From Octopus sinensis (taxonomy: Eukaryota), in the NCBI RefSeq assembly GCF_006345805.1, contig NC_043001.1, forward strand, positions 23,994,001-24,058,000: a stretch of DNA of 64,000 bases. Reading direction: 5' to 3'. Positions 38,270 to 52,888 of this stretch are shown here, in pieces. The notes beneath the pieces were generated by a model. That model was not told the origin of the DNA. It was given only the letters and a program-made list of their open reading frames with translations, and ran no database searches. Position 1 is the first letter of the stretch; every line of letters starts with the position of its first letter. A program made the position numbers and the translations under genes.

Positions 38270-38520
38270 GGATAATCCCAGTTTATCATTTAAATATATT
38301 TGAGCATGTCTAGATATGCAACTATATGCATGAGAATACATACATAAAACATACAAATCTGCACATACATACATACATACATACATACATTCATACATAC
38401 ATACAAAGAAAAATACCCTGTTGTTGATGATGTTGAAATTCCAATGAAGGAGCCTTGGATCTAGGTTAGAAACCGATTCTTTCTCTATTGCCAAGAAACC
38501 TTGAAATAAACTGAATAATG
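38270..38520 (+). mobile_element. RLE-type LINE 3' UTR (paralogue of the 23501 element)
   Basis: Matches 23680-23700 joined to 24036-24310. Confidence 0.7.
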
Positions 38521-39062
38521 ACACACACATCCATCCATCCATCCATGCATACATACATACATATGTAAGTATGTATAAACGTGTATTTTTGTTTGTCTCC
38601 TCAGCGCTTGACAATCGATGCTGGTTTGTTTACATTCCCATAACTAAGTGGTTCGGCAAAAGCAACCGATGGAGTAGATACCAGATCGAAAATAAATACT
38701 GGAGTCGACTTATTCTATTAACCCTGCAAGACGGTGCTCCAGAAAGGCCGCATTCCAATGACAGAAACAGGCAAAGGAGCAACAACTGTATAAAGGAAGT
38801 TGATAATTCTGTTTAGTAAGGTGGGAAGAATTATGAACATAACTCTCAATTACCATTGAAAATAATTAAAATAATTTAAAACTTCTATTACATCTGTCAA
38901 TTACAAATGTCTATTATTTTAAACAACTAGAAAAATATATTTTATCAATGAATAAAGCTCGTTAAAATGGCTATTGTCGAAATCTGACGAAACTGTCTGG
39001 TGAATATATTACAAAAGTTGATTGACCAACAAGAGACTGCTATATTGATGACATCTCATACA

Positions 39063-39094
<32 letters not shown>

Positions 39095-39621
39095 CGCATG
39101 CATGCAAACATACATATATACATACATACATACGTGCATGCATATATACATACATACATGCAGACATACACATATATGCATGCCGAACCGCTAAGTTACA
39201 GGGACGTAAAAACACCAGTACCGGTTGCCAAGCGGCGAGTGAGGGACAAATACAAGCACAAAGACACACACATGTGTATATACATATATACAAGATTCTT
39301 TCAGTTTCTGTCACCAGATTCATTCACAACCCGTGGCAATAGTAGGAAACATTTGCTCAAGGTGCCTCTGTATGGGACTGAGGCCCAAACCATGTGGTTG
39401 AAAACGAGATTCTTAACACACAGCCCCGCCAGCGCTTATACGTTTATTTTGAAGTAAAGTTATATAGTTATACTAAAACAAAATAGCGCCAATACATTTA
39501 GTAGATTAAATGTTTATTTAACATTTACAAGGAAGAAAGTTGACAGTGACTTCGAAGATTCGGTATGCTCGCCTATCCCCTCTCACTATCTCTCTCTGTA
39601 TATCCGTCCGTCCACCCACCC

Positions 39622-39704
<83 letters not shown>

Positions 39705-40083
39705 ATTAAATGAATAATTATATATGTATATACATATATATATATATTTATAATTATTAATTTAATATGTAAATTACCTATAAGATTTTATTTCATGCTG
39801 ACTACCTGTTATAACCATTAACATAATTTTATCCTTCAATTCTATTAATAATAAATAATATGTATATATATTGCAGCCGTTTACTCAACATGAGGAAATT
39901 GAACACCTATTTTGTATATCTTTATCTACCTCTGAAGAGATTCGACTTTCAAATAATTTTTAATCTACTTAGTTAATTTTCTGAACGGAAACAGCTGTAA
40001 GGGATGTTTGTCAATTTTTTTAATTAATAAATAATAATTTAATTACCTCTCTATTCTCTCATTTTATCATTATGTGTGTGCAT

Positions 40084-40176
<93 letters not shown>

Positions 40177-40642
40177 TGAGACAACTGTGCAGATAAACAA
40201 ATTAGATACATTAAATATACTAAATATATTAAGTATAATAGTTAGGGTATGAAATACAATATATATGTATACATGCAAAACGGGAGAAATCAAAAAGTGG
40301 AGTATAAATATATATAGATATTTATATTAATAGTCCCAACTTACGCAGAATACAAACGACAGCGAAAATTAAAGGTTTCGAAGAAAGGTGTTATAAATTT
40401 TTGAACTCGTCTGCATTAAGATCTGAAATCTAAGATCTTCTCTACCTTGATGAAGGAGGCTCGTCTTATCCAATGTTGATTGCATCCATTACGACAGCAT
40501 ATTGTGATGAACTACATCTACTAAAATTATTATAGATCTCCGATCCCTACGAAACAACTGATGGAATTATGACACCCTTCGTCCGATCCATTAGTTTTCT
40601 CTGTTGTTTGCACTCTATGTAAGTTGAACCTATTTATATAAA

Positions 40643-41230
40643 TATCTATATATATATTTATACTTAAAAATTCATCATCTGAATGTTTCCACCTTTTGCT
40701 TTCTCTCTTTTGTATGTATACATACATATATGCATATTTTGTTCTTCATACCCTAACTATTATATATAATATATTTCATAAATTTAATATATTTAATGTA
40801 TCTAAATTGTTTATCCGCAAAATTGTCTTTATATCCACTCAATTTGGTTTCTCTTATAGCCTATCTTTACCTTGTGGAATCGATCCCCTATGTATAGTCC
40901 ACAGATGAGATCCAGAAATTCTCAGTATAGACGACACTTAGTAGCGATCAAAAGATTCCAACTTAGATTCCGATGTCTTTACAGGGGATCGATTCCACAA
41001 GGTAAAGATAGGCTATAAGAGAAACCAAGTTGAGTGGATATAAAGACAATTTTGCGGATAAACAATTTAGATACGTTAAATATATTAAATTTATGAAATA
41101 TATTATATATAATAGTTAGGGTATGAAAAACAAAATGTGCATATATGTATATATACATACAAAACGAGAGAAAGCAAAAGGTGGAAACATTCAGATGATG
41201 AATTTTTAAGTATAAATATATATATAGATA
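40643..41230. repeat. Inverted duplication, ~245-bp arms with ~95-bp spacer
   Basis: 40643-40888 ~ reverse complement of 40984-41230 with scattered mismatches; third diverged copy at 40190-40320. Confidence 0.85.
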
Positions 41231-41659
41231 CATACATACATACATACATTCATAACACATACATACATATACGCATGCATGCAAGCATACATACATACGT
41301 GCATGTATGCATATATACATACATACATACATGCAGACACACACACATATGTATGCATGTATGTATGTATGCCGAACCGCTAAGTTACAGGGACGTAAAA
41401 ACACCAGTACCGGTTGCCAAGCGGCGAGTGAGGGACAAATACAAACACAAAGACACACACATGTTTATATACATATATACGACGGCATTCTTTCAGTTTC
41501 TGTCCACCAAATTTATTCACAAGGCTTTGGTCAACTCGAGGCTATGGTGGGAAACACTTGCCCAAGGTGCCACTTTATAGGGCGGAGACCCAAACCATGT
41601 GGTTGAAAACGAGCTTAACACACAGTCCCGCCAACGCATATACACGCACACACACACAC

Positions 41660-41708
<49 letters not shown>

Positions 41709-41714
41709 CATAGC

Positions 41715-42765
<1,051 letters not shown>

Positions 42766-42803
42766 ATATATATATATACTGTTGTGTGTGTGTCTCTCCC
42801 TAT

Positions 42804-42872
<69 letters not shown>

Positions 42873-42984
42873 CATACATATATATATGTATATAATATAT
42901 ACATATACACACACACATATATATATATGTATATATATATATATATGTATGTATGTATGTAGGTATGTATGTATGCATGTATTT

Positions 42985-43026
<42 letters not shown>

Positions 43027-43919
43027 GTATACATCCCACAAACACAAACTGCGATGATGATAGAGCGCTGAATAGATAGAGGATATAGCAACATTACATT
43101 TTTGAACTGTTTACAATTAACAAAACGTTATTAAGAATTTATCTTACAATTCTCACCAACCCAAAAATTAAAAAATAAATAAGCAAAAAAAAAAAGAAAA
43201 ACAGAAAGAAATATCAAAGCGATTGATTCTCACAATACTAGTTGCTGTACTTTTGTTAGAAAGATTTTTTTTTTTTGATATATATTGAAATATTTCCAAT
43301 GTTTTAAGATCAAATGACTAAATGAAAAATAAATTTTGCTTTTAAGTTTCTTTCAACTAAGTAGTATATCTCAGATTTATTGGTGAAAGAAATATTTTGA
43401 TTTCTAGTGCACAATGATTTTAACCGAAAATCGAAACCAAGCCAGAGATTCCTCAATAATAGTTAGGACATCAAACATAATAAATATTCCTTTCATAGTA
43501 TCTAATCATTGATCAGAGTTCTGTTGGATCAGGCATGAGGTTACCGTTTAACCTCAGATCAAACCCGTCTTCCTAAATATCTATAATTTGAAGAGCGTAT
43601 AGTCGAATGAAATAACGCTAAGCATTTTATCCGGCGTACTGGCGATTCTTCCTGTTCGCCATATATATATATATATTATATATATATATATATATATATG
43701 TATCACCGTGATCACCGTGAGCGACCAGGCTATCAGATGCTGTTGCACATCGCTGGTCACAATGCGCTTCGCATTGTTTTAGCCTTCAAATGACGCCACC
43801 CCGCAGGCTAAGCGAGCAGGCCAATATATATGTGTGTGTGTGTATGTGTGTGTGTGTGTGTGTACGTGTATGTATGTATAAAGACACACACACGCACACA
43901 TACACACAAACATATATTT

Positions 43920-44327
43920 AAAATTAATATAAACATCAATTTGCAATGTTTCACCAGAGAAGAAGAATTACAAATGTCACTAAATGTGACTAGGGTGTTA
44001 GGAAACACCTACATTGCTAGAAATAAGAGCTAAGCCGCTCTAATGTAGTTAACGCACATGAACGAAAATATATACGCTAACAGGGACTATAATCGTCCGA
44101 AAAGTGCCGATCGAGAATTCGTAATACTGATGCGTCAGTTATGGCAATTTCTGTTGCCTTATCAGTTAAGACCGCTCGATTGTCTGATGGTTTCACTCAT
44201 GTGCATCAGCTACAGCAATAGAGAAACTTAGCTTTTATTCCTAGCAGTGTATGTGTTTCCTAACACCCTAGTCACATTTAGTGACATTTGTAATTCCCAT
44301 TTGCACACTACTGTTTATATTAATTTT
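43920..44327. repeat. Imperfect inverted repeat / fold-back
   Basis: 43965-44034 ~ reverse complement of 44227-44296; outer 16-bp arms at 43920 and 44312. Confidence 0.7.
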
Positions 44328-44518
44328 ATATGTACATATTATTGAATCGCTAAAATCATTCAATAATTTGGATAACGAAAATATAGATACTAATGCTGAA
44401 ACAACTCCGGAAATATCCGAGCAATCGAACAGATAATACATTTCGGATAATACACCCACCCTATTCACAGATATATGAGTGCATCTTTTCCCTGACTTAT
44501 GGACTCTTAGACCACTCA

Positions 44519-44566
<48 letters not shown>

Positions 44567-44574
44567 GACCCTTC

Positions 44575-44775
44575 TGTCCGGCCTTCACCATGATAGATCG
44601 TTAGCCACTACACATTCTTTATTTTCTCTCCTGTTTCTTTCTGTGTTCCTTCCTGTGGAAGAGCGTAGGCTCGAAACGTTAAAGACTTTTTCACTTCCCG
44701 AGCGTTATATTAATACACCTGTTTGTTGTCTACACCACCTGTCTTCGTCTTTTGATTTTTGTGAATTCTCCCTAT
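44575..44775 (+). mobile_element. pLTR-like unit with HHR-like motif (core CTGTGGA, 44649-44684)
   Basis: Same family as 51225, 52730, 63820; ends at (TA)n. Confidence 0.7.
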
Positions 44776-44788
44776 ATATATATACATA

Positions 44789-44846
<58 letters not shown>

Positions 44847-44850
<4 letters not shown>

Positions 44851-45165
44851 GAAATGAAGAAAATGCTGACAAAATAATTTAAGTAAGGGGGAGTGTATTT
44901 AATTAGGTGAAAGTTCTTTTTACGGTTGCGCATTTGTTATGCTTATCAAAAGATATTTTTTAAAGAGATATAGAGTTCCTTTCTGATAGATTTTTTTTCT
45001 CTTATCTGATAAGAGAAAAAAATCTATCAGAAAGGAACTCTATCTCTCTTAAAAAATATCTTTTGATAAGCATAACAAATGCGCAACCGGTAAAAAGAAC
45101 TTTCACCTAATTAAATACACTCCCCCTTACTTAATTATTTTGTCAGCATTTTCTTCATTTCCTTT
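44847..45165. repeat. Near-perfect ~320-bp palindrome between (TA)n tracts
   Basis: Centre at 45007; a few mismatches and indels between arms. Confidence 0.9.
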
Positions 45166-45215
45166 TTTATATATCACAACTCGTGTTCCACATCTCCTTT
45201 TTTAAATATATATAT

Positions 45216-45258
<43 letters not shown>

Positions 45259-46844
45259 AGAAATGGCAAGACAACAAAAGAATGAAAGAGACCTCGATTT
45301 TATGTAAATAGAGGAACTTATCTGTAATATAATATGTGACAATTATTCGGTAGCCATGATAAAACATCTGAAACTCGGAGTTCTATCATGGCTACCAAAT
45401 AATTGTCATATATTATATTTACACACACACACACGTACACACACATACACATATATATTTACACACACATATATACACGCACACACATATGTACCTAAGA
45501 GTTTATGAATGTATGTATGTACGTATGTATATCCTACTGAATTTTTAAACATAACATACATGTGCCGTAATGGTATATTAGTCATCATTTTTATTCAATG
45601 GGGAAAGGATATTTATACTGTAAATCTCGAGGGAATTTTCATGTACAATAACAGAGGGAAATCAGGCAAATGTATATATATTAGATGAAGTGAGAACTTG
45701 GAATATCAGCAAGGACGGCGCGCAAAAAAAAAAGAAAGAAATTGTAGTAAAATTTCTCTCAATTCAAATGTTATCGTTTAAAAAAATAATAAAGGGTTCA
45801 CTAGATATTGTAGATCCAGATAAACTTTGCCCGACAGAAAAAAAAAAGATAGGAGGGTTTTAACTTTTACCATAGGTATACACGTTTAAGTCTGATCTGG
45901 GGCTTCAGAAGCAATATCAGCAACATTCTGTCACTGGACTTAGGTTCCACTGTGATCTATAAATCTCTTAGTATAAATAATTACGATTTGACAAAAGTTG
46001 ATGTAAAAGATTATAAAGTCCAACAAGAGAACGCTGGCGTCAGTTATCGGAATGTTAGTATGTATTGATTCAAGAAAAAAAAAAAAAAAAGCCAGCTATC
46101 TCGATATATGTGGCTGAAAACAAATATTCTCTCAGCTGATTTGTAGGTCAATTAATCATTTATAAAGACAACAAATTTCGACATTTTGCTATCGGAACAG
46201 CCTTTTAAATCGCATATCTCATAACGTTGAACTATAGAATATGAATACGTTATAAATAATCGATTTGCTTAATAATTGCAAATATAAACGGTTAAAACTG
46301 TGAAATCTTATAATCTGGCTCGGCTAGTTTAACTATGAATAGTTAAACGAAAGGAGCTTAAATAGTTTGAATCGTCGCCGCCAGTTTTCATCATCGTCGT
46401 CGCACCCATATCTAGAACATCAGCTGTTTTATTTAAAAAAATAGTAAAAATATAAGTATCCGCCTGTTTCGCCATCTGCAGTCCCATACTGCTATAGCTC
46501 TGTATTTCTTAACTCTCCTACCCGTTCCTTCATGCAAGTACGCCCGCAAACTATGCAACCTTCTTGTCTAAAGCTCTTCCTTGTTCACAGCCTCTCCTTC
46601 CCCATATCACATCCTCTTCGAGGGCCCACTCGTTGCTCTCTTCATCGCTACCCTGAGTGCCCTTTCAAACACTTTCAAACACTACCCTAGGCATAATCAC
46701 TGCACCTTCCACATTTAAGAGTATTTCCAATGTACCCCTATCAACCTTATACATGCACTCAGGTTTTCCCCCTGTAGTTCGATCTAGCACCTTTAGTCAT
46801 ATTTAGTGACGATTGAATTTTTCCTTTATGGTATTATATTGCGC

Positions 46845-47069
46845 GAGCTGGCAGAAACGTTAGCACGCCGGGCGAAATGCTTAGCTGTATTTCGTCTGCC
46901 GCTACGTTCTGAGTTCAAATTCCGCCGAGGTCAACTTTGCCTTTCATCCTTTTGGGCTCGAGTAAATAAGTACCAGTTACGCACTGGGGTCGATATAATC
47001 GACTTAATCAGTTTGTCTGTCCTTGTTTGTCCCCTCTGTGTTTAGCCCCTTGTGGGTAGTAAAGTAATA
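46845..47069 (+). mobile_element. SINE family A, 15-bp TSD
   Basis: TSD ggtattatattgcgc at 46830-46844 and 47070-47084. Confidence 0.9.
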
Positions 47070-47249
47070 GGTATTATATTGCGCCTATCTGTTTATATTA
47101 AATTTTTATATACATACATACTTGCCCAAAAATGTAATCAAGGTACTACCTACCTATGCGACATAACGTTGTCGCAAAAACAATGTGCAATGCTCTTCGT
47201 GAAAAAAAACTGTCCTGGAATAAATATAAAGAGTCCTCGTAATTGAATA

Positions 47250-47760
47250 CGTACACAAATAACAGTACAAGGAAGGCTGGTGGAACATACCCATCAAAAC
47301 ATGTCGCGTGTAAAGCTAACAGGCCGGATATTGGCGTTTGGGACAGACAAGTAAAAGTATATATCGTTATAGAGGTCAGTTGTCCTTCTGATGTGAACAT
47401 CTCTTTGAAAATCAAAGAGAATGAAGATAACTATAGACAGCTGCTTCGAAACCTGCAGCTTCTATAATATATCCGGATTACAAATTTACATTTACACCAA
47501 TGATAATTAGAGCACTTGGTTTTATAAGTAAACGCCTGTCTGGATACAGTTGGATTTTCAGAAAATGTAATCACTCAACCGATTCGCACATTATAAATAC
47601 AGTCTATAAGCGGAGCAGTAAAACTATGCAAGACTCTTCTCAGGTTTAAAATGTGATTTTGTTTTCGTTATATACATTCCAAAGATGGAGCTTTGCATCT
47701 TTGTTAAAAACCAGCTCCTTCTTCAGAGGAAGAATTTAAATGATTAAATACAGAAGAGAC
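47250..47760 (+). pseudogene. RLE (PD-(D/E)xK) endonuclease end of an R4/NeSL-like LINE
   Basis: NRPDIGVWDRQVKVYIVIEVSCPSDVNISLKIKENEDNYRQLLRNLQLL, then YKFTFTPMIIRAL; stop near 47656. Confidence 0.8.
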
Positions 47761-48137
47761 ATACATATATATGTATATAAGCCGCTGTATAACAAATAGC
47801 TTCAAGCCGAAAAGAAGTAGGCAAATGCACCAGTTATCTATTAATGCTGAATGGAAATGAATGGCCTGGACTAAATAGAAAAGTAAAAGCCTGGGTCGTG
47901 CTTTTCCATACAGCCGTAACTTTATATGATGACTATTGAATTCGTGTCTTTATATTCGGCGTGAAATCACTTGGAAATATATTGGCTGCATTGGCTGTCA
48001 TGAGGTTATAATGTTATATAAATAATAGATACCTACTCAATTACTTTAATATGCGAAAGTTTGGCTTTTTTGTTAATCATAAAATATTGGTCAACCTTCT
48101 GTCTGTCTGCCTGCCTGCTTGCCTCTTTCTCTTCTCA

Positions 48138-48170
<33 letters not shown>

Positions 48171-48322
48171 GAAATAATAGTTATCGCCATACTAATATGG
48201 CATTCTTATAAAAATAAGAAAAAAGCTGTCCGCTTATTAGCTCCATGAGGCCATCGCCTTAAGTTAGCTATTTGATACACAAACTGTATCCATATAACCT
48301 GCGACACCTACTGGCTGGCTAC

Positions 48323-48364
48323 GCTGCATTGAAAAGGGGCAATACCCCGAAACGCGTCTGTAGC
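48323..48364 (+). ncRNA. Type I hammerhead motif, U3-A8 core
   Basis: gctgca-TTGAAAA-gggg caata cccc-GAAA-cgcg-TC-tgtagc; 6-bp stem I, G10.1-C11.1, GUC triplet. Confidence 0.7.
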
Positions 48365-48685
48365 TGCCGGTCAAGTAGTGTGGAGCGACTGACCTCCCTT
48401 GTTCGAAGGTTATATGGATACAGTTTGTGTATCAAATAGCTAACTTAAGGCGATGGCCTCATGGAGCTAATAAGCGGACAGCTTTTTTCTTATTTTTATA
48501 AGAATGCCATATTAGTATGGCGATAACTATTATTTTCCGGAACGCTGCGCCGCTGTTCTCTTTTAGAGAGACTTAGTTATTTTAATATTTCTATTATTGA
48601 AAACAAGTGGATGTATTCCACCGAAACTAGGTAAATAAAACGATCGAACAGAGATTGTCGGAAGCGACACCTACTGGCTGGCTAC

Positions 48686-48727
48686 GCTGCATTGAAAAGG
48701 GGCAATACCCCGAAACGCGTCTGTAGC
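48686..48727 (+). ncRNA. Second identical U3-A8 hammerhead motif
   Basis: Identical to 48323-48364. Confidence 0.7.
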
Positions 48728-48828
48728 TGCCGGTCAAGTAGTGTGGAGCGACTGACCTCCCTTGTTCGAAGGTTATATGGATACAGTTTGTGTATCAAAT
48801 AGCTATATATATATATATAATATATATA

Positions 48829-48972
<144 letters not shown>

Positions 48973-48987
48973 TATATATATATATAA

Positions 48988-49200
48988 AAGGCGAGCTGGC
49001 AGAAACGTTAGCACGCCGGGCGAAATGCTTAACGGTAGTTCGTCTGCCGTTACGTTCTGAGTTCAAATTCCGCCGAGGATGACTTTGCCTTTCATCCTTT
49101 CGGGATCGATTAAATAAGTATCACTTATTCAGTGGGGTCGATGTAATCGACTTAAACCCTTTGTTTGTCCTCTCTATGTTTAGCCCCCTGTAGGCAATTA
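48988..49200 (+). mobile_element. SINE family A
   Basis: Full head, core and tail between (TA)n tracts. Confidence 0.85.
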
Positions 49201-49203
49201 ACA

Positions 49204-49253
<50 letters not shown>

Positions 49254-49254
<1 letters not shown>

Positions 49255-49806
49255 GAGCAAAACGCCCCTCACCCAATTGACGGTGCTGAGTTGTCAAGCA
49301 TTTAAACCAATTTTTCTTAAAACAACTTGTCCGACCGTCCCATAGGCCTCCCCTTTGAGAAACACTGATTTAACCTAAATTTGAGTCACCAGCAAAAGAA
49401 GAAATAAAGATATTTTTTTCTATTCCAAAGAAAAACGATTTTATTCACACAAATATGCAACCGAAGAGTTTAAAGTACCAGTAATGATAAGGCTGTTGAC
49501 AGGGAGAACACAAGCATGGTTTAAACAGTAAGCTTGGCAGGAAAGAAATGTGCCTTTAAGCAGTACAAAAGCAAAAACAAAAAAATGGAAGGTGCAGTTA
49601 TGTAGAGGTTGACGGAAGAAAAGGAGGACAAAAACAGCTTTATCGATCGCATTCTCATCTGGAATCGATTTTGTAATTTTTTCAAGACTTATATACGCCC
49701 TAATACCGTCGGTATCTACATATCAAACTTGAGTGCAATCCGATGGAGGATGCCCAAGATCCGAAAAGACAGTCAGACAGACAACAAGAACGATTTTAAT
49801 ATAAGA
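49254..49806 (-). mobile_element. Non-autonomous Helitron (23703 family) with extra internal sequence
   Basis: Same TC...CTCG termini; 49442-49636 is absent from the 23703 copy. Confidence 0.75.
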
Positions 49807-49827
49807 TATACACAACACACACACACA

Positions 49828-49887
<60 letters not shown>

Positions 49888-50035
49888 TATATATATTATA
49901 TATAATATGCACGAAACGTCACGCCCCTCTTTTTTACCATCTGAAACGTTTTCTGAACGTCAGTCAAATACTTTCACTGTGTACATTCTTTTTGACTTTT
50001 CTTGTTTTTCGTGGTTATATTTTTGAGTTGCCAAT

Positions 50036-50136
<101 letters not shown>

Positions 50137-50149
50137 CATACATGCATAC

Positions 50150-50560
50150 GTACAGGGTGTTCAGGGAATTGTTTTTTGCCTTCACCAAGCAGTTCTCCTT
50201 GGCTCTGACAGTCAGAATTCGTTCTTTGGGCCTCTTGTACTTAGAGTAACGAAAGTCTTCGTTCAGGGTCAACTTAATGGTGGTGACTCCAGCATCCATC
50301 TCTTTCGCTGAAGCCAAGATTCCCTTCAGATCACTTTGTCCCGCAGTTGTTTGATGAAACCTGGTGTGCGGACGCAGTCAAAATGCACGCTGTGTCCCTT
50401 CCTACTGGCCACAGCTTCGTAGTCTCCACTGAAGCTGCTGTTCCTGTCACGTTGTTAGTGTCTTCACAGTGCATTAAGCAGCAGTTACGATGTTGATACT
50501 TGGCGGAAATGACCACGATACAAGTAACGCTTTTTCTAATTTTTAAATAGCTTCCAGCCA
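50150..50560 (-). pseudogene. Tc1/mariner transposase N-terminal remnant
   Basis: DCVRTPGFIKQL...AKEMDAGVTTIKLTLNEDFRYSKYKRPKERILTVRAKENCLVKAK matches the HTH/linker of IS630-Tc1-mariner transposases. Confidence 0.7.
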
Positions 50561-50699
50561 TCCATGTCAGCTGACCTTTTCTCAGCTACAACTTTAATCT
50601 TTATGATCTTCAACGCCGTTGATTGTTCACCAGTTCATCCAGCTGTTTCTAGCCGGAGACATAAAATTCGTCAACTTTAGCCTGAATACTATACTCTTT

Positions 50700-51060
50700 T
50701 CTTTTATTCTTTTACTTAGGTCAGTCATTTGACTGCGGCCATGCTGGAGCACCACCTTAAAGGGTGTTAGTCGAAGAAATCTACCCCAAGATTTATTCTT
50801 TGTAAGCCTAGTACTTATTCTATCGATATCTTTTGCCGAACTGTTAAGTTAAGGAGACATAAACACACCACCATCGGTTGTCAAGCGAAGGCAGGGAAGA
50901 CAATTACAAGCACACACACAGATACACACACAACGGGCTACTTCCAGTTTCCATCTACCAAATCCACTCACAAGGCTTTGGTCGGCCCAAGGCTATAGTA
51001 GAAGACATTTGTCCAAGGTGCTACGCAGGACCCTGTGATTGAGATGCAGGCTTCTTACCA
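50700..51060 (-). mobile_element. SINE family B
   Basis: Reverse complement of the family B consensus. Confidence 0.8.
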
Positions 51061-51084
51061 CACAGACACGAACTATTAACCCCT

Positions 51085-51413
51085 ACACATTTTTCCTCTC
51101 TCAGCTTTTTTTCGTTCTCTTTTTGTTTTTTCCCACTCAATCCTTTCTGTCGAAGAGCGTAGGCTGCCTTCGTCTTTTGTTTTCTGTAAATTTGAATGTA
51201 TATATATATATCTACACACACATTCAGTCGCCATGATAGATCGTTAGCCACTACACACATTTTTCTCTCCTTGTTTTTTCTGTGTCCCTTTCTGTAGAAG
51301 AGCGTAGGCTCTAAACGTAAAATACTTTTTCTATTCCTGAGCGTTATACTAATACATCTGTTTGTTTTGTACACAACGTGTCTTCGTCTTTTGTTTTTTT
51401 CGTAAACTCTCCC

Positions 51414-51450
<37 letters not shown>

Positions 51451-51665
51451 CATCAACATGTGATCTCTTGAGCACCACCAGCACAAATATTTTTTCCCTC
51501 TGTCTTCCCTTCTTGGGATCTTTCCTTCTCCTTGTTTCCGACGAAGAGCTCCGCTCGAAACGTTAAACCCTCCTTCCCTTCTTTCCTGAGCGTCAAATAA
51601 TACTTTAATTGTTCCACGTCCTCGCGTTGCTGTTTTTTTCTGTGTTTTCTTGTTTGGATTAACTT
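51085..51665 (+). mobile_element. Three adjacent pLTR-like units with decayed HHRs (cores at 51147, 51292, 51538)
   Basis: CTGTCGA (truncated), CTGTAGA (G12>T), CCGACGA (U4>C); each unit ends at (TA)n. Confidence 0.7.
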
Positions 51666-51682
51666 TATATATATATATGTAT

Positions 51683-51740
<58 letters not shown>

Positions 51741-52629
51741 ATATACATACTGAGAAGCAGAGAACTGCCATCAATGTGGGGGTTTTCTTTCTTTGATATT
51801 ATAAGTAAAATTGTCCAAGTGGACTATCGATGACCTATAAAGTATTGGAACACCGACAATAGTGGTAAAAAAGAGAAATAGCAATAACAAATATTTAACA
51901 TGATCTAGGTCTTAATTTGTGCTATACACAGAAGATTACTGCAAATGGTGAGAGAAAAATGTCCGTTTCATAAACACAATACTAAATACTAAACATTAAC
52001 AGAATTAGAACTTCCAGTCTATGTATTATGTTGTATGATAAATTATTGCTTATAACTCATGCAGAATAACAATAAAATAATCTACTATAGGAAACAATAA
52101 CTAAGAAAAATATTATATGACGTGAATATGGTAAAAACACTGTGAAAATATTACGGTGTGAGAGAAAGCAAAATAAATGAAAAAGAGATGCACAGAAGTT
52201 AAGTTAAAAAAATGATTAAAGGCGAATGTTATATAACTGTTGATAGAGAAATAGCAAGAAAGAAGAAGAGTTTTGTGGGCGGAAAATATCGAGAAAAGGA
52301 GAGAATGGAAGACAAGTGAAGTAGGAGGAACGAAGGAAGAGTAGGTGATAAAGAGAGAGGGAAAATTGGCGACAGTCTTTCATGATTTTATGTTGTCGGC
52401 AACCATTGTCGTACGTATTACGTTATCTATTCTATGTGAATGACCTTTCTCTTCTTCACCTCTCACACTCCAAACAACCCATACTTCGGCTCCTCCACTC
52501 TTACAACGCCTTCCATTAAATATAACTATTTCATCCTCTCTCTCTCTATCGCTGTATTCGTACATACATACATAAATAAATAATATGCATATATATTGTA
52601 CAATATATATACAATACATTTATATATTA

Positions 52630-52729
52630 NNNNNNNNNNNNNNNNNNNNNNNNNNNNNNNNNNNNNNNNNNNNNNNNNNNNNNNNNNNNNNNNNNNNNNN
52701 NNNNNNNNNNNNNNNNNNNNNNNNNNNNN
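52630..52729. other. Assembly gap (100 N)
   Basis: Run of N. Confidence 1.
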
Positions 52730-52756
52730 CACTCCTCCTTGTTTTTGTCTGTGTCC

Positions 52757-52792
52757 CTTTCTGTAGAAGAGCGTAGGCTCGAAACGTAAAAG
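52757..52792 (+). ncRNA. Hammerhead-like motif with U at position 6
   Basis: cttt-CTGTAGA-a-gagc gtag gctc-GAAA-cg-TA-aaag; all stems intact. Confidence 0.55.
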
Positions 52793-52888
52793 ACCATTTC
52801 TTATTCCTAAGCGTTATACTAATACATCTGTTTTTTTGTACACCACCTGTATTCGTCTTTTTGTTTTTTTCCTAACTCTCCACTCTCC

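Larger units (their letters stand above)
48172..48805 (+). mobile_element. Retrozyme/PLE-like non-coding unit: inverted arm plus two identical HHR-bearing repeats, (TA)n flanks
   Basis: 48301-48442 = 48664-48805 (period 363); 48172-48300 is the perfect reverse complement of 48407-48535. Confidence 0.8.

Noticed and set aside
44170-44215. Minus-strand CTGATGC...GAAA
   Set aside because: A9 missing and stem III unpaired.
47680-47730. Minus-strand CTGAAGA-a-ggagc...gctcc
   Set aside because: No GAAA or cleavage triplet follows.
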